Source of the DNA: Hyaloraphidium curvatum SAG 235-1
Lineage: Eukaryota > Fungi > Monoblepharomycota
Reading direction: 5' to 3'
Length of the DNA: 64,000 nt
NCBI GenBank assembly: GCA_025558095.1
Contig: JAIVFI010000030.1
Location: 310,001-374,000, forward strand
The notes beneath the pieces are model-generated. The model had not been told where the DNA came from. It saw nothing but the letters and a program-made list of their open reading frames with translations, and did no database searches. The position numbers and the translations under genes are program-made. Below are positions 10,179-21,047 of this stretch, piece after piece; positions within the stretch are counted from its first letter, which is position 1, and each line of letters starts with the position of its first letter.

Positions 10179-11493
10179 CTACGAAGAAAGGGAAGACCTC
10201 CATCTGCGCAGCGCGATCAGCAGCTGCATGATCCAGACCACCACCGAGTCCCTGGCCTTCTTCGCCCACTCGATGAAGAACCGGGGCCAGCTTCCGGGCA
10301 GCCAAACCGTCGGTTTCCACACGACACCGGCGCCGGGTGCCGTCACCGCGATCGGCGAGATACCCTTCGGAGAGCCGGCGATTTGGGGCGGCAGCGGAGG
10401 GATCGGCTTTTGCCGCAGGTGGGCAAAGAAGTGCAGCGCCGCGACGGCGACCTCCTCCCCAGCATCCTCCTGCACGAAATCTGCGCAGGCCGTCAGCATT
10501 CTTTCGGAAGGCGGGAGCAAAGGACCCACGGTTGCACTCGTCGATGTAGATCACCCCCCATCCCTTCCCTTTCCCGAGCGTCTCGACGACGTACTCCATG
10601 TTGGGTGCGCCGAGGACAAAGTCGCGGCGCCCGATGGCGGCAAACGTCGGCATGGCGTAGGGCGGGAGCGCCCTGTAGAACTCGCGGGCGGCCTTGGCGA
10701 TGCCGACACCGGGGTAGGATTCGTCGGTCATGACGAGCTGGGGGAACATGACGGGTCCGGTCTTGTACTCGACCGACGGGAAGGGCGCTGCGTAGCTGTG
10801 CATAACGCGCGTCAGGATCGATGGATTCATCGTTTGGGCGGCCACGAACCCCCTGACGACCTCGGCCTTTCCCTGCTCCTCCATGGTGGCCCTCCCCATG
10901 ATCTGATCGACCGGAAGGTCCGGCGACGTCATCGCGGCAAACGCCCTCCACCTCATGAACCCGGATCCCACGTCGACGTCCCCCGTCGGGAGCCAGCCGT
11001 TCATCAGGATCAGCCTCGAGAAGACGCGGGCGTCCGACGGGGTGTCGGGCCGGTCGAAAGCGTGGGGGAAGGTCAGGCCCAGCAGCGATCCCCAGTCCTG
11101 GACCACGAGCGTCGTCTTCCGCAGGCCGAGGTGGCGGATCAGGTGCAGCGCGGTCTCGCGGTGGCGCTCGTAGGTGTAGAAGCCGCGCGATGTGGGCTTG
11201 TCGGACCTCCCGAAGCCGAGCCAGTCGAAGCAGACGACGCGGCGGGGCGCGTCTCCGGCGAGGAAGACTTTGGCCATCTTGCGGTAGAGGAAGCTCCACG
11301 TGGGCTCGCCGTGGACGCAGAGGAACGTCTCGGCGTCGGCACCCGCGGAAGCGGCATCATTCCGGAGGTCGTAGTATGCCAGGCGGAGGCCCGACTTCTC
11401 GCCGAGGACGAGGTACTGCGGCTCGTGCGGCCAGTCGACGAGGCCCTCGAACCGCACTTCCGGCGTACGGACGTACTCGAACTCGTCGAACAT
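10179..11493 (-). CDS. Haloalkane dehalogenase (DhlA/DhmA-type alpha/beta hydrolase), intron 10481-10529
   Basis: RTPEVRF, HGEPTWSFLYRKM, GFGRSDKP, QDWG nucleophile elbow; splicing restores the catalytic HFVQED. Confidence 0.88.
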
Positions 11494-11820
11494 CGCGACT
11501 GGCGATGTAGCTTCCCGCGAGCAACCCCTCGTTAGGGTGTTGCGCCGGCCCTTCTTTGATTATCCGTCCAGGCGCGTTTTACCGCTCCGTCTCCCACTCT
11601 CCATTTCGGAGGTTCCGGTTTGGGCAGGGGCATCGCTGCGGCGAGCACGATCGTGTCGTCGCCGGACCTTGTCTCCACCCCTGTCGGAACGACGTGATTG
11701 TAAGGTGACCGCGGTCCCTGTCGTAAACAACCGTGACGCGTCAATCTCGCGCCGCTTTGGGGTGCGCTGTTCCAGCGTACGCGGACGAGCGGCGACTGCG
11801 ACAACCTTCCGTAGTGGAAG

Positions 11821-12567
11821 ATGGCCTGGCGCGCCCCCCTCGCGTGCCTCTTCGCCGCGCTCTTCCTGCCGGCCTCCGCGGACCCGCCCCCGAAGCGCGT
11901 GCTCGCGGTGCTGTACCACCCGAGCCCGCGCGGCTCCTACACGGCCGCCGTCCTCGACGCCGCGATCGGCGCGCTACCGCCCGGCACGCACGTCGACGTG
12001 ATGGACCTCACGCGCGAGGGCTTCGACCCGCGCTTCTCAGAGCGCGACCTGGCGCACTTCCGCGGCGGCCCGCGCGAGGGCAAGCGCGTGCGCGCAATGC
12101 AGGCCCGCATCGACGCGGCGGACGCCATCGTGATCGCCTTCCCCATCTGGTGGTGGTCCTTGCCGGCAACGCTCAAGGGCTGGATCGACAGGGTGTTCAC
12201 GCGCGATTGGGCGTACAAGTCGGGCAACCTCGAGGAGGAAGGGCCGGGCGCCGAGAGCGTGGGCCTGCTCAAGGACCGGCCGACGCTGCTGCTCGCGGCC
12301 GGCGCCGGGCGGAGGGCCACCTTCGACAAATGGGGCTACGCCGACGCGATGCAGAGGCAGATCTCGGTCGGGATCTTTGGCTACTGCGGGATCCGCGACG
12401 TGCACCTCGAGCTGCTCCTGGAGGACGAGGACGCGGAGGCGAGGAAGAGGAACCTGCGGCGCGCGGCAGAGCTGGGCAGGGCGCTGCTGGATACCGGGAG
12501 GACGAACTGGACGGCCGTGGTATCTGACGGGGCCAGGTGGGCTCTAGCTGAGCAGATGTCTGCGTGA
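11821..12567 (+). CDS. Flavodoxin-like NAD(P)H:quinone oxidoreductase with predicted signal peptide
   Basis: HPSPRGSYT and ADAIVIAFPIWWWSLPATLKGWIDRVF; hydrophobic N-terminus ending ASA-D. Confidence 0.88.
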   Translation: MAWRAPLACLFAALFLPASADPPPKRVLAVLYHPSPRGSYTAAVLDAAIGALPPGTHVDVMDLTREGFDPRFSERDLAHFRGGPREGKRVRAMQARIDAADAIVIAFPIWWWSLPATLKGWIDRVFTRDWAYKSGNLEEEGPGAESVGLLKDRPTLLLAAGAGRRATFDKWGYADAMQRQISVGIFGYCGIRDVHLELLLEDEDAEARKRNLRRAAELGRALLDTGRTNWTAVVSDGARWALAEQMSA

Positions 12568-12747
12568 ACTTGGAAGCAGAGCAAACAATCCGATTCTTCA
12601 CTAAGTCCGTCACCGAGCTGGGAAGTTAGCGGGGCTCGGAAGCCAGCCGGAAGCGAAGGCCGCACAGGGCCGCACCTCCGAATCCTGCGCAACCATTCCC
12701 GATTCGGCACTCCCGCCCCTCGCCAATCCCGCCCGCACCGCCCCGCC

Positions 12748-14263
12748 ATGCCCCTCGGAGCCTTCGAGACGGCCCGCGCCATCGTCGCAGGCCGGACCAC
12801 GTCGGCCGCCGAGGTCGAGGCCGCAATCGCGCGAATCGAGGCCGCGAACCCCTCCGTCAACGCGGTGATCATCAAGGCGTTTAGCAGGGCCCGGGACGAG
12901 GCCAAGAAGGCCGATGAGGCAATTGCGAGGGGCGAGAGGAGGCCGCTTCTGGGCGTGCCCGTGACGGTCGGTCGCGTTCAGTCGCGGGGGGGACATTCGG
13001 GCTCACGGGGGACACGCAGGTGAAGGAGAGCAACAAGACCGCGGGGGAGCCGTACACGTGGGGCATCGCCGAGTTCAAGGACAATGTCGAGAAAGAGGAC
13101 GGGCCGCTGGTCAGGATGCTTCGCGCTGCCGGCGCGATCATCCTCGGCAAGACGAACATCCCTCCGTACCTCGGCGACATCCAGGTGGGCGTGTTCGGCG
13201 GCACGGGCACAGTTCATGACTCATGCAAAGTTCATTTTACAGACCAACAATCCTATTTGGGGCCGGACTGTAAACCCGTACAACCCCGGCCGCACCTGCG
13301 GCGGATCCTCGGGAGGCTCAGCGGTGGCTTTGGCGACCGGCATGGTGCCCTTGGAGATGGGCAGCGACAGTGAGTGCCCTCCGGCCAGCTCATGGCTCAA
13401 CCTGGTGACCGAGTGTGCGTCTTTTTCCAGTCGGCGGCTCTATCCGAACTCCCTCGCACTTCTGCGGGACCTTCGGCCACAAACCCACCCACGGCATCGT
13501 CCCCGAAGACGGCTTCCCGCTTACGGACGGCCACCCTGACGTCCTTTCGGTCGCTGGCCCGATGGCACGCAGCGCAGAGGATCTCGCGGGGGCGCTGGAC
13601 ATTGTCTCCACCGTACCCCTCGCCAAGCCCCGGTTCGCTTCCCTCAAGGGCGTAAGGATCCTCGTGATTACGCAGCACCCCGTTGCCAAGGCAATGAAAG
13701 AGATCGTGGCCGGGGTGGAGGCCGCCGCAGCGCGGGCCGAGGCGGCGGGCGCCTTCGTCAGCCGGTCGAGCGACCTTCTGCCCGACCTCGCCAAGTTGCA
13801 CGAGACCTACTGGCAGTTACTCGTCATGATCACAACGCGGGCCATGCAGCCCGTCGACGCCGAGGGGAAGCCGCCGTCGGCGACAAAGTACTTCGAACTC
13901 CTGGACGAGCAGGCGAGGGCCAAGCGCGCCTTTGCCAGGTTCTTCGAGTCGTTCGACTGCATCCTGATGCCCGTTCACGGATGCACCGCGTTCCCGCACG
14001 ACGACAACCCCAAGTTTGCCGAGCGGATTCTGGACGTCGACGGGGAGAAAGTTCCGTATACCAGCCAGTTCGCTTGGATCGGGCCTGCGACGGTCGCCCA
14101 GCTGCCTTCGACCTCCGTGCCCATCGGACGCGCCGCGGATGGGCTTCCGTACAACATGCAGGTCGTTTGCGCGAGCATGCGCGACCACGACGCCATCGCT
14201 ATCGGAGGGATGCTGGCCGTGCCGAATGCGATCGTTGTGCCGCAAGGGCAGGCCAAGTTGTAG
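12748..14263 (+). CDS. Amidase signature family protein (3 introns)
   Basis: PLLGVPVT|[16 protein letters not shown], spliced GSDIGGSIRTP, GHKPT. Confidence 0.9.
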
Positions 14264-15276
14264 CACAGCCAAGATGTAGCCGTGTCAGGTCGAGAGAGCG
14301 TGCGATGCAAGGAGAGAGAGCTGCTGAAGAAGCCGCTCGAACTCGGGATGGAAAGCCCCCGTCGATTGGGAGAAGCCGACGTGGCCCAACCAACCAAACA
14401 CATGCTCCGAGAACCCTCTCTTTCGCTGCCTGTTTCCATTGGGAGAAAGATTCGGGCCTTGAAAAAGTCATGTCGATTCCCTTCCTTTGCATCGAGATTG
14501 GCGTTGGTTACGCTCCCGTGTTCGTCCTCCGCAAACGGGCCAACCGCGGGTCTCTCCCTCCTCTCCCGTCCCTCGCTCCCCTTTCCCTCTTTTATATTGG
14601 CAGACGCACGACAACCCATGCCGCTGCAAGGTTCTTGGGCCGACTGCGGGCTTCTTCGCCGGCGCCGTGTCGGCCATCTTCTGCTGGGTTGGGGCTGTCA
14701 CCACCCTTGGCGACATGCGCTGACGATTCTACTCCTTACCGCCCAAAACAGCCAGCTGGTGCTCTCACGTGGTGCTGCTCGCGATCTACTTCGGACAAGC
14801 TCTTTGGCACCCCGGTAGGAGGCCAACTGAAGCGCCTGCGACTTGCCTGCTAACTGTGACCGCCAGATGGGTCTCTGGCGGGGGGTGGCCAGCGCGATTC
14901 CCATTTGAAATGATGTCAATGTTCTGAGTTGGGTTACAGAGAGGTGGGGGCGTCCTTACTCTATCTGCTTGGCGACTTCGTTCCTCGTCGATCAGCGGAA
15001 CGCCCGAATCCTGCCGTTGGCCGAGTTCGTGGCGTTCAAAGAGGCGTGGATGGCTGTCTTGTCGCAACATCTACCATGAAGCCTCTGCGCACGCCGAAAA
15101 GGACATAGACAAATAGAGATAAAAAGGCCGAGGGGTGGGGCGGAGGAACTTGCCACCCCGTTGTAATGGCGTCATCCTCCGAAGTTTGGTCAACGTCTCG
15201 CGACCTCCACACCCATTCTCGCTAGCGAAGTAGCGCGCCGTAGAGCGCTTCTGCTGCCCGCCGCACTCGCCGAACC

Positions 15277-16498
15277 ATGTCTCTCGCGTCCGTGGAAGCG
15301 GAGGCTCGCGCACTCGGCATCGAATGGGCGCCACTGGTCGCCGTCTCCTTCGCGGACTTTGAGCGGCGCAAGAACGAAATCGCCGAGGAGCTGCTGCAGG
15401 GGGTCACCACGGCCGGCTTTTTCTACGTGACGGACCACGGCATCCCGCAGGAGGAGGTCGACAGGATGTACGGGCTGGCGAAGAAGGCGCACATTGAAGT
15501 GTCGCAGGAGGAGCACGTGCGGTTCAAGACCTCGGCCGCCACCGACGGGAACTACGCCGGATACGTCGGTGCGGACGACGGGTCGAGCGTGGCTGCGTAC
15601 TACAACCTCGCCAAGCCCGGTTCGGGACTGGAGAAGCGGCTGCCGCCGGTGCTCGAGCGCGAGCTGCCGTCGCTGGACGATTTTCACCAGAAGGTGCTCG
15701 ACATCAACGACCGGATCCTGAGGGTGCTCGCGCTGGGGTTGAAGCTGCCTGAGGACTACTTTTTGAAGCTTCACGGACGAAGGACCGTCAGCGGCAGCCA
15801 TCTGCGATTGATGTGGTAGGGAGCGGATGGACCTGCAGATGCGCACTTTTCGATGTCTTACAGGCCGTGCTCTCGCCCGAAGGTACCCGGTTCGCGATGC
15901 GACAAAGGACGACGAAGTCGGCAACGTCCGCGTTCAGGGTCACTCGGACTGTGAGTAGCACATCTTCGCTCTTCGCCACCGCATCTTCTCATGCATGTCT
16001 TCGCATTCCAGTCGGCTCGCTCACGATCATGTTCGCCCCCCCCCCGTGGTCGCGCTCCAGGTCCTGGACAACAGCAACGATGCCGTCTGGCGCTACGTCA
16101 AGCCCGTCCCCGGCGCTCTGATCTGCAACATCGCGGATACGTTGCAGTTCCTCACCGGTTCCGTCCTCAAGTCGACGCAGCACCGCGTCACGAGGCCGCC
16201 GCTGCCCTCGCAGCAGAACGTCACCAGATACAACCTGCTGTACTTCCTGCGGCCCGACGACGACGTCATCCTCGCTCCCGCGCCGAGCCCGCTGGTCCCC
16301 GAGGATGCAAAGGCCCTGCCGGGGATGGGGACCAAGGCCGGGGACTGGGTTGCGGCGAGGGTGAAGCTGACGGTGCGGAGGCGGGAGCTGCAGGGGAAGG
16401 AGGACGAGCTCGCGAAGGAGGAGTACAACAAGATCCAGCGGATCATCAACTCGAACCAGGGACGGGCGAACCTGCAGGATTCGTTTGCGAAGCTTTAG
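15277..16498 (+). CDS. 2OG-Fe(II) dioxygenase, IPNS/DIOX-like (2 introns; apparent frameshift at C10 run 16036-16045)
   Basis: GFFYVTDHGI, HSD (HxD), NIAD.LQ, STQHRV, RYNLLYFLRP. Confidence 0.85.
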
Positions 16499-16662
16499 CT
16501 GCGAGAGCGGTGGTTGATTCGGATGAACGGTTCGTTCGAAGTGTATTCTTTCATGAACTTCAATCTTCGAGAGAGAGAAATGCATAGCGGTCGCCAGGAG
16601 GCTTGAGCACTCTGCAGCTCCTCTCTCGGTCCCTCCCAGCATTACTCGGCAGCCTCTAAGCG

Positions 16663-17683
16663 ATGCCCGGCACCCGCATGCTCAACTCCGACGGGCGCTC
16701 GCGCGTCGTGCTCATCACGGGCGCGAGCAAGGGCATGGTGCGAGGATGTCTCCCACGCGCGAACGCCGAGCTCATACCACGCCCAGGGCAAATCCCATGC
16801 CCTCGCGCTGGCCCGCGAAGGAGCGACGGTCGTGGTGACGGACATCCCCTCGCAGTCGGCGGCGGGACGTCAAGTGGTGGACGAGATCAATTCGAAGGGC
16901 GGGCGGGCGGCGTTCCTCGAGCTCGATGTGACCAACGAGGAGGACTGGCAGAGGGCGGCGGCCGAGGTCGAGAAGGCCTTTGGAGTTCTGGACGTGCTGA
17001 TCAACAACGCGGGGGCTGCATTTCCCGAGGAGGCACCGGAGGCGTTGAACTTCGGGCCCAACGGGGCGTGGCGGCGGACCATGTCGCTCAACCTGGACGG
17101 AGTGGCGATGGGCACCAAGTACGGCATTCAGCTCATGAAGAAGTGTGTTTTGGGCCGGAATCGTGGCAACACGAGCTGAATGGACTCATTGGTGGATAGG
17201 AACAAGTCCAAGGACCGCAAGAGCATCATCAACGTCTCGTCGACCGCCGGCCTCAAGGGCATCATCGGGAGCTACGCGTACGGTGCGGCAAAGGGAGGCG
17301 TGACGATCTTCAGCAAGAGCGTCGCCGTGTACGCGGCACGGCACGGGATCAACGTCAAGTGGGCCCGGTCCCACTCTGCCGCGCAACCAAGCTGACCTCC
17401 GGCATCCCAGCTCCATCCACCCGGGCGCGGTGGTGACCGATTTCCACAAGGCGGTGGCGATCGGCAACGCGAGCGCGGAGGAATCGGCGACGCGGTTCGC
17501 GGCGCGGGCGATGATCCGCGACCCGGCGAGGCCCGAGGACGTGAGCGGCATCGTGGTGTACCTCTCCAGCCCGGAAGCGGGCTTCGCAACTGGAGGTGGG
17601 TCACCCAGTTTCATGCCCTCGGGAAGGTCCTGATCCGGATTGAAGGTTCCTATGTCATCGACGGCGGACTAGCCAACCTGTGA
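16663..17683 (+). CDS. Classical short-chain dehydrogenase/reductase (4 introns)
   Basis: ITGASKGMG, LINNAG, NVSS, YGAAK, NSIHPG, YVIDGG after splicing. Confidence 0.9.
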
Positions 17684-17779
17684 ATTGGGCAACGTGCAAC
17701 GTCGAAGATCTATCAGTCTTGTGTACAGCTCGCGCAAAACATCTGGTATCGCAAAGTTGTCCATCTCCGGGAGGCGGAA

Positions 17780-18484
17780 TCATTTGCCCACCACGGCTTT
17801 CGCGGCCAGCCTCGCCCTGTACCACCGCGCAACGAGCGGCGTGAGGGCCAACGTCGCGCCGATCTCGAGCGGCAGGAGGAACTTGGTCAGGACGAAGGTG
17901 GCGGTGAACGTCGCGGGGTCAACGATCTTTGTGAGCCACTCCGGCACCACGGCCTTGTCGGGGTTGGCTTCCGGGAGCGGCAGTCCGAGCTTCTCAAACA
18001 CCGGCCGGAGTCGCGATTCCAGGTAGACGGCGTCGAACCCGAGGTACAGGATCGCAAAGTAGAGGGACCAGAAGACGCTCGCCGAGACGCCGACGTAGGT
18101 CACCGCCCCGATGACCCCGTACCGTCGAACGATGGAGCGGAAGGATTGGGGTTTCGTGGGTTCCGGATCGGGATCAGGGTCGGGAGGAGGGGCCGAGGTC
18201 GCGAAGGTCCGCAGGGGCCGAGAAAGCATGGTCCGGGGGAGCTCGAAACGCGTTTCGCGCGAGAATGGGCCTAGAGATTCTCGGAAAAGAAACCTTCGAG
18301 GAGTTTGGAGTGAAACGGATTGCCCGCCGGCGGCCGATGTGAGGGCTCGAGCGGGATCCCGGGCGGGGACGCCGGAGCGGAGGCTCGACGGGATCCCGGG
18401 CCGCAACGCGGCGAGTGAATCCGACGGCCGGGCAGAGCGTGCTAGCGGCGCATTCGTCCTCAGGAGGGGCCGAAGCCGGAGCAT
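17780..18484 (-). CDS. DUF1279/FAM210-like mitochondrial membrane protein
   Basis: Arg-rich presequence MLRLRPLLR; RYGVIGAVTY; TKFLLPLEIGATLALTP. Confidence 0.8.
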   Translation of the reverse strand: MLRLRPLLRTNAPLARSARPSDSLAALRPGIPSSLRSGVPARDPARALTSAAGGQSVSLQTPRRFLFRESLGPFSRETRFELPRTMLSRPLRTFATSAPPPDPDPDPEPTKPQSFRSIVRRYGVIGAVTYVGVSASVFWSLYFAILYLGFDAVYLESRLRPVFEKLGLPLPEANPDKAVVPEWLTKIVDPATFTATFVLTKFLLPLEIGATLALTPLVARWYRARLAAKAVVGK

Positions 18485-18598
18485 CGCGAGTGTTTGCGTC
18501 GGAGCTTGCGACGCCAGCCGCGGTTGCCGCGGCAGCGCGCCCGAACCGCACACACGTGGCCCGCGGCTGCTCGCATTCAGCCGGCTGCCCGACCGAAA

Positions 18599-19513
18599 AT
18601 GGCCGGCAATGGGAAGATCACGGTCGGCATCATCGACGGCAAGGTCACCGGGCCGGTGCTGTTCGAATGCGACGCCGGCGTCGCGCGGGGCCAGCTCAAG
18701 AGCTCCCCGGCGGCCACGGCCCGCGTCCGCGAGGCGTCGCTCGGCCTCATCGAGGACGAGGTGCATTCGCGGCCTTGGTTCTGCTACGGGTGCCGGAAAC
18801 CCGCCCAGGGCCTCGAGGCCACGGACCTGCAGGTGGACGCGGACGAAGGCACGCTCACAATCATCATGACCTGCGGGAAGGACAAGTGCGCCGCCATGGC
18901 CAAGGAGACGCTCGCGCGGGCGTCTGCCGCGGCACAGGGCATGCCTGCCGCAAAGGACGGGAAGCGCCCCGTCCTGACCCTCGTGCGCATCTTTTCAAGC
19001 CTTCCGGCCGAGGATTGCAGCTCCGGACCCGCCGTCGGGGACCAGCTTCCCGAAAAGGAGGTTCTCGTGCCCGCGAATCTAATGGAGAGGGGCGAAATCG
19101 AGGCCGTGATGGAGATCCTCGGTCGGACCGCTCAGCCCGCCGTCGAGACGCTGTTTGGCCGGCAACCGAGGACCTGCCTCATGTGCGGGACGGCCGCCGC
19201 ATCGAGCAGCATCATGCAGCACATCAGACCCGAGCAGTACCCGTGGGTCTTTGTCGTCGACGCCTATCCGCGCTGCGACGCGTGTGCCATTGCTGTCAAG
19301 GACCGTTTCAATGCGTGGTACCGGCACGAGTCAAAAGGAATGGCTCGTCGGTTCGCGAGGACCTGTGTCGCGTGCTCCAAGTCCACCACGGACCCCAAGA
19401 GGGACTTTCAGCGCTGCTCGCGCTGCGGATCGGCGTACTACTGCTCGCGGGAATGCCAGCGGCAGGATTGGCCGCACCACAAAGCTGCCTGCCGGCCGAA
19501 GGATGCCGCATGA
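18599..19513 (+). CDS. Cys-rich protein with C-terminal MYND zinc finger
   Basis: CVAC...CSRCGSAYYCSRECQRQDWPHHKAAC. Confidence 0.85.
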   Translation: MAGNGKITVGIIDGKVTGPVLFECDAGVARGQLKSSPAATARVREASLGLIEDEVHSRPWFCYGCRKPAQGLEATDLQVDADEGTLTIIMTCGKDKCAAMAKETLARASAAAQGMPAAKDGKRPVLTLVRIFSSLPAEDCSSGPAVGDQLPEKEVLVPANLMERGEIEAVMEILGRTAQPAVETLFGRQPRTCLMCGTAAASSSIMQHIRPEQYPWVFVVDAYPRCDACAIAVKDRFNAWYRHESKGMARRFARTCVACSKSTTDPKRDFQRCSRCGSAYYCSRECQRQDWPHHKAACRPKDAA

Positions 19514-19858
19514 GGAGCTTTCGCGAGCGCGGACGACGGCGCGGGATGTAGCGCGCTTTTGCACTTCTCGATGGTAGATCGTGGCGACGTGGCCCGACCG
19601 TACAGGAGAAATCGAGGCCCGATCAGCGGCATGAAATGTGCCCGAGCTGCTTGATGTCCTGATCCGGCTTGTTTCGCGGTAAGGACTTCTAGAACGGGTT
19701 GGCTCGAACGTGAGAAGTCCACGGCGTGGCGCAGGGCCGCAGCCACAACTCCGCCGGCAACTCCGCCCGCGTTCAGCGCAGCTTTCAGCGACGTCCTCCT
19801 CGATTCAGCGAGCGCGTATCTCCCGGTCCCCTCCAGTCCGACGCCCGCGCCAGCCAGA

Positions 19859-20961
19859 ATGCCCCGCCCGGGCATGCACTTCCAGGGCCACTTCGGGCCG
19901 ACCGCGCCGACCGACCCCGAGGTATCATCAAGGACGACCGCGAGGTGCGGCCGCCCACGGCGGCCATCGAGCACGCGGGCGCCCGCGCCGGCAATCGCAG
20001 GGTCAAGGAGCTCCTCGCGCGCATCGGCGACCCGAAGGCGCTCTCGGGCTGGGCGGCGCCGACCAACTGGCGGGTCTGCCGCGGCGTCACGCCGCTGCTC
20101 GCCAAGCTCGTCGCGCACGACCTCGACACCCCGGAGAACCTCGCCCTCCTCTTCGGCCCCCACGTCAAGTCCGTCGCGGCGGAACTGCACGATGCGAGGA
20201 TGTACAAGGACCCGCCCGAGGGCTCGCCCGCGCACGACATGATGGCGCCAAACATCGGGATGACGCAGAAGCAGCTGAACCGGGAGCTGGGCAGGGACTG
20301 CGACGGGTGCGGGAAGAAGCAGGAGTCGGAGGGGGAGTTCCGGCGGTGCTCGGCGTGCAGGCGGGCCGTTTACTGCGGGCCGGCGTGCCAGAAGGCGGAC
20401 TGGGCAAAGCACAAGCCAGAGTGCCTGCAGGCGCGCGGGGAAGAGGTAGCCGACGAGGACAAGCAGGCCGCCGAAGCGGCGCGGAAGGAGAAGGAAGCTC
20501 GCATGAACCGGGCCCACCAGGCAAGGATCGACGCCGAGCTCCGGGCTTTCGTCCCCGGCTCCCTTTCGCACGACTGCGAGGGGGTGGTCCGGGCGCGGGA
20601 TCTGCCCTGGTTTGGGGAGGACATGCTGGTCACCTTCGGGCAAAAGCACGGGATCGAAGGGGAGAAGCTGAACCTGGTGGTCATGCCCCCGGGGATCCCC
20701 GCGCAGAGGGAAAGGAAACGTTGCATCGCGTATCGGTGCGAGAGGACCAAGAGGGACCTGATCGTGTTCTTCACCCCGCTGTTTGCCGACGGCGGGGAGG
20801 GCACGCACGACGGGACGGCGATCGACTCGGCGTTCAGAAGGAAGGAGGCGTCGGACGACCTGTTCAAGGGCAAGCTGTTCGTCGAGGTCCCGTTGGGAGC
20901 GGATCCGGGCGTCCCGATGCTGGACAGGATAATGGATCTGCTTGCAGCAATGGCGGGGTAA
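19859..20961 (+). CDS. MYND zinc finger protein (5' end needs a +1 C at 19915-19918, or a later start)
   Basis: CDGC...CSACRRAVYCGPACQKADWAKHKPEC. No in-frame ATG early in the long ORF; ATG 19859 joins it if the C4 run is C5. Confidence 0.75.
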
Positions 20962-21047
20962 ATTCGCGCATCGTGTATTGCGCTTCAAGACAGATGCACA
21001 AGCCGTTCAAAATGGAATGGATCTGAAGACTCTGTCCAGCTTCAACC

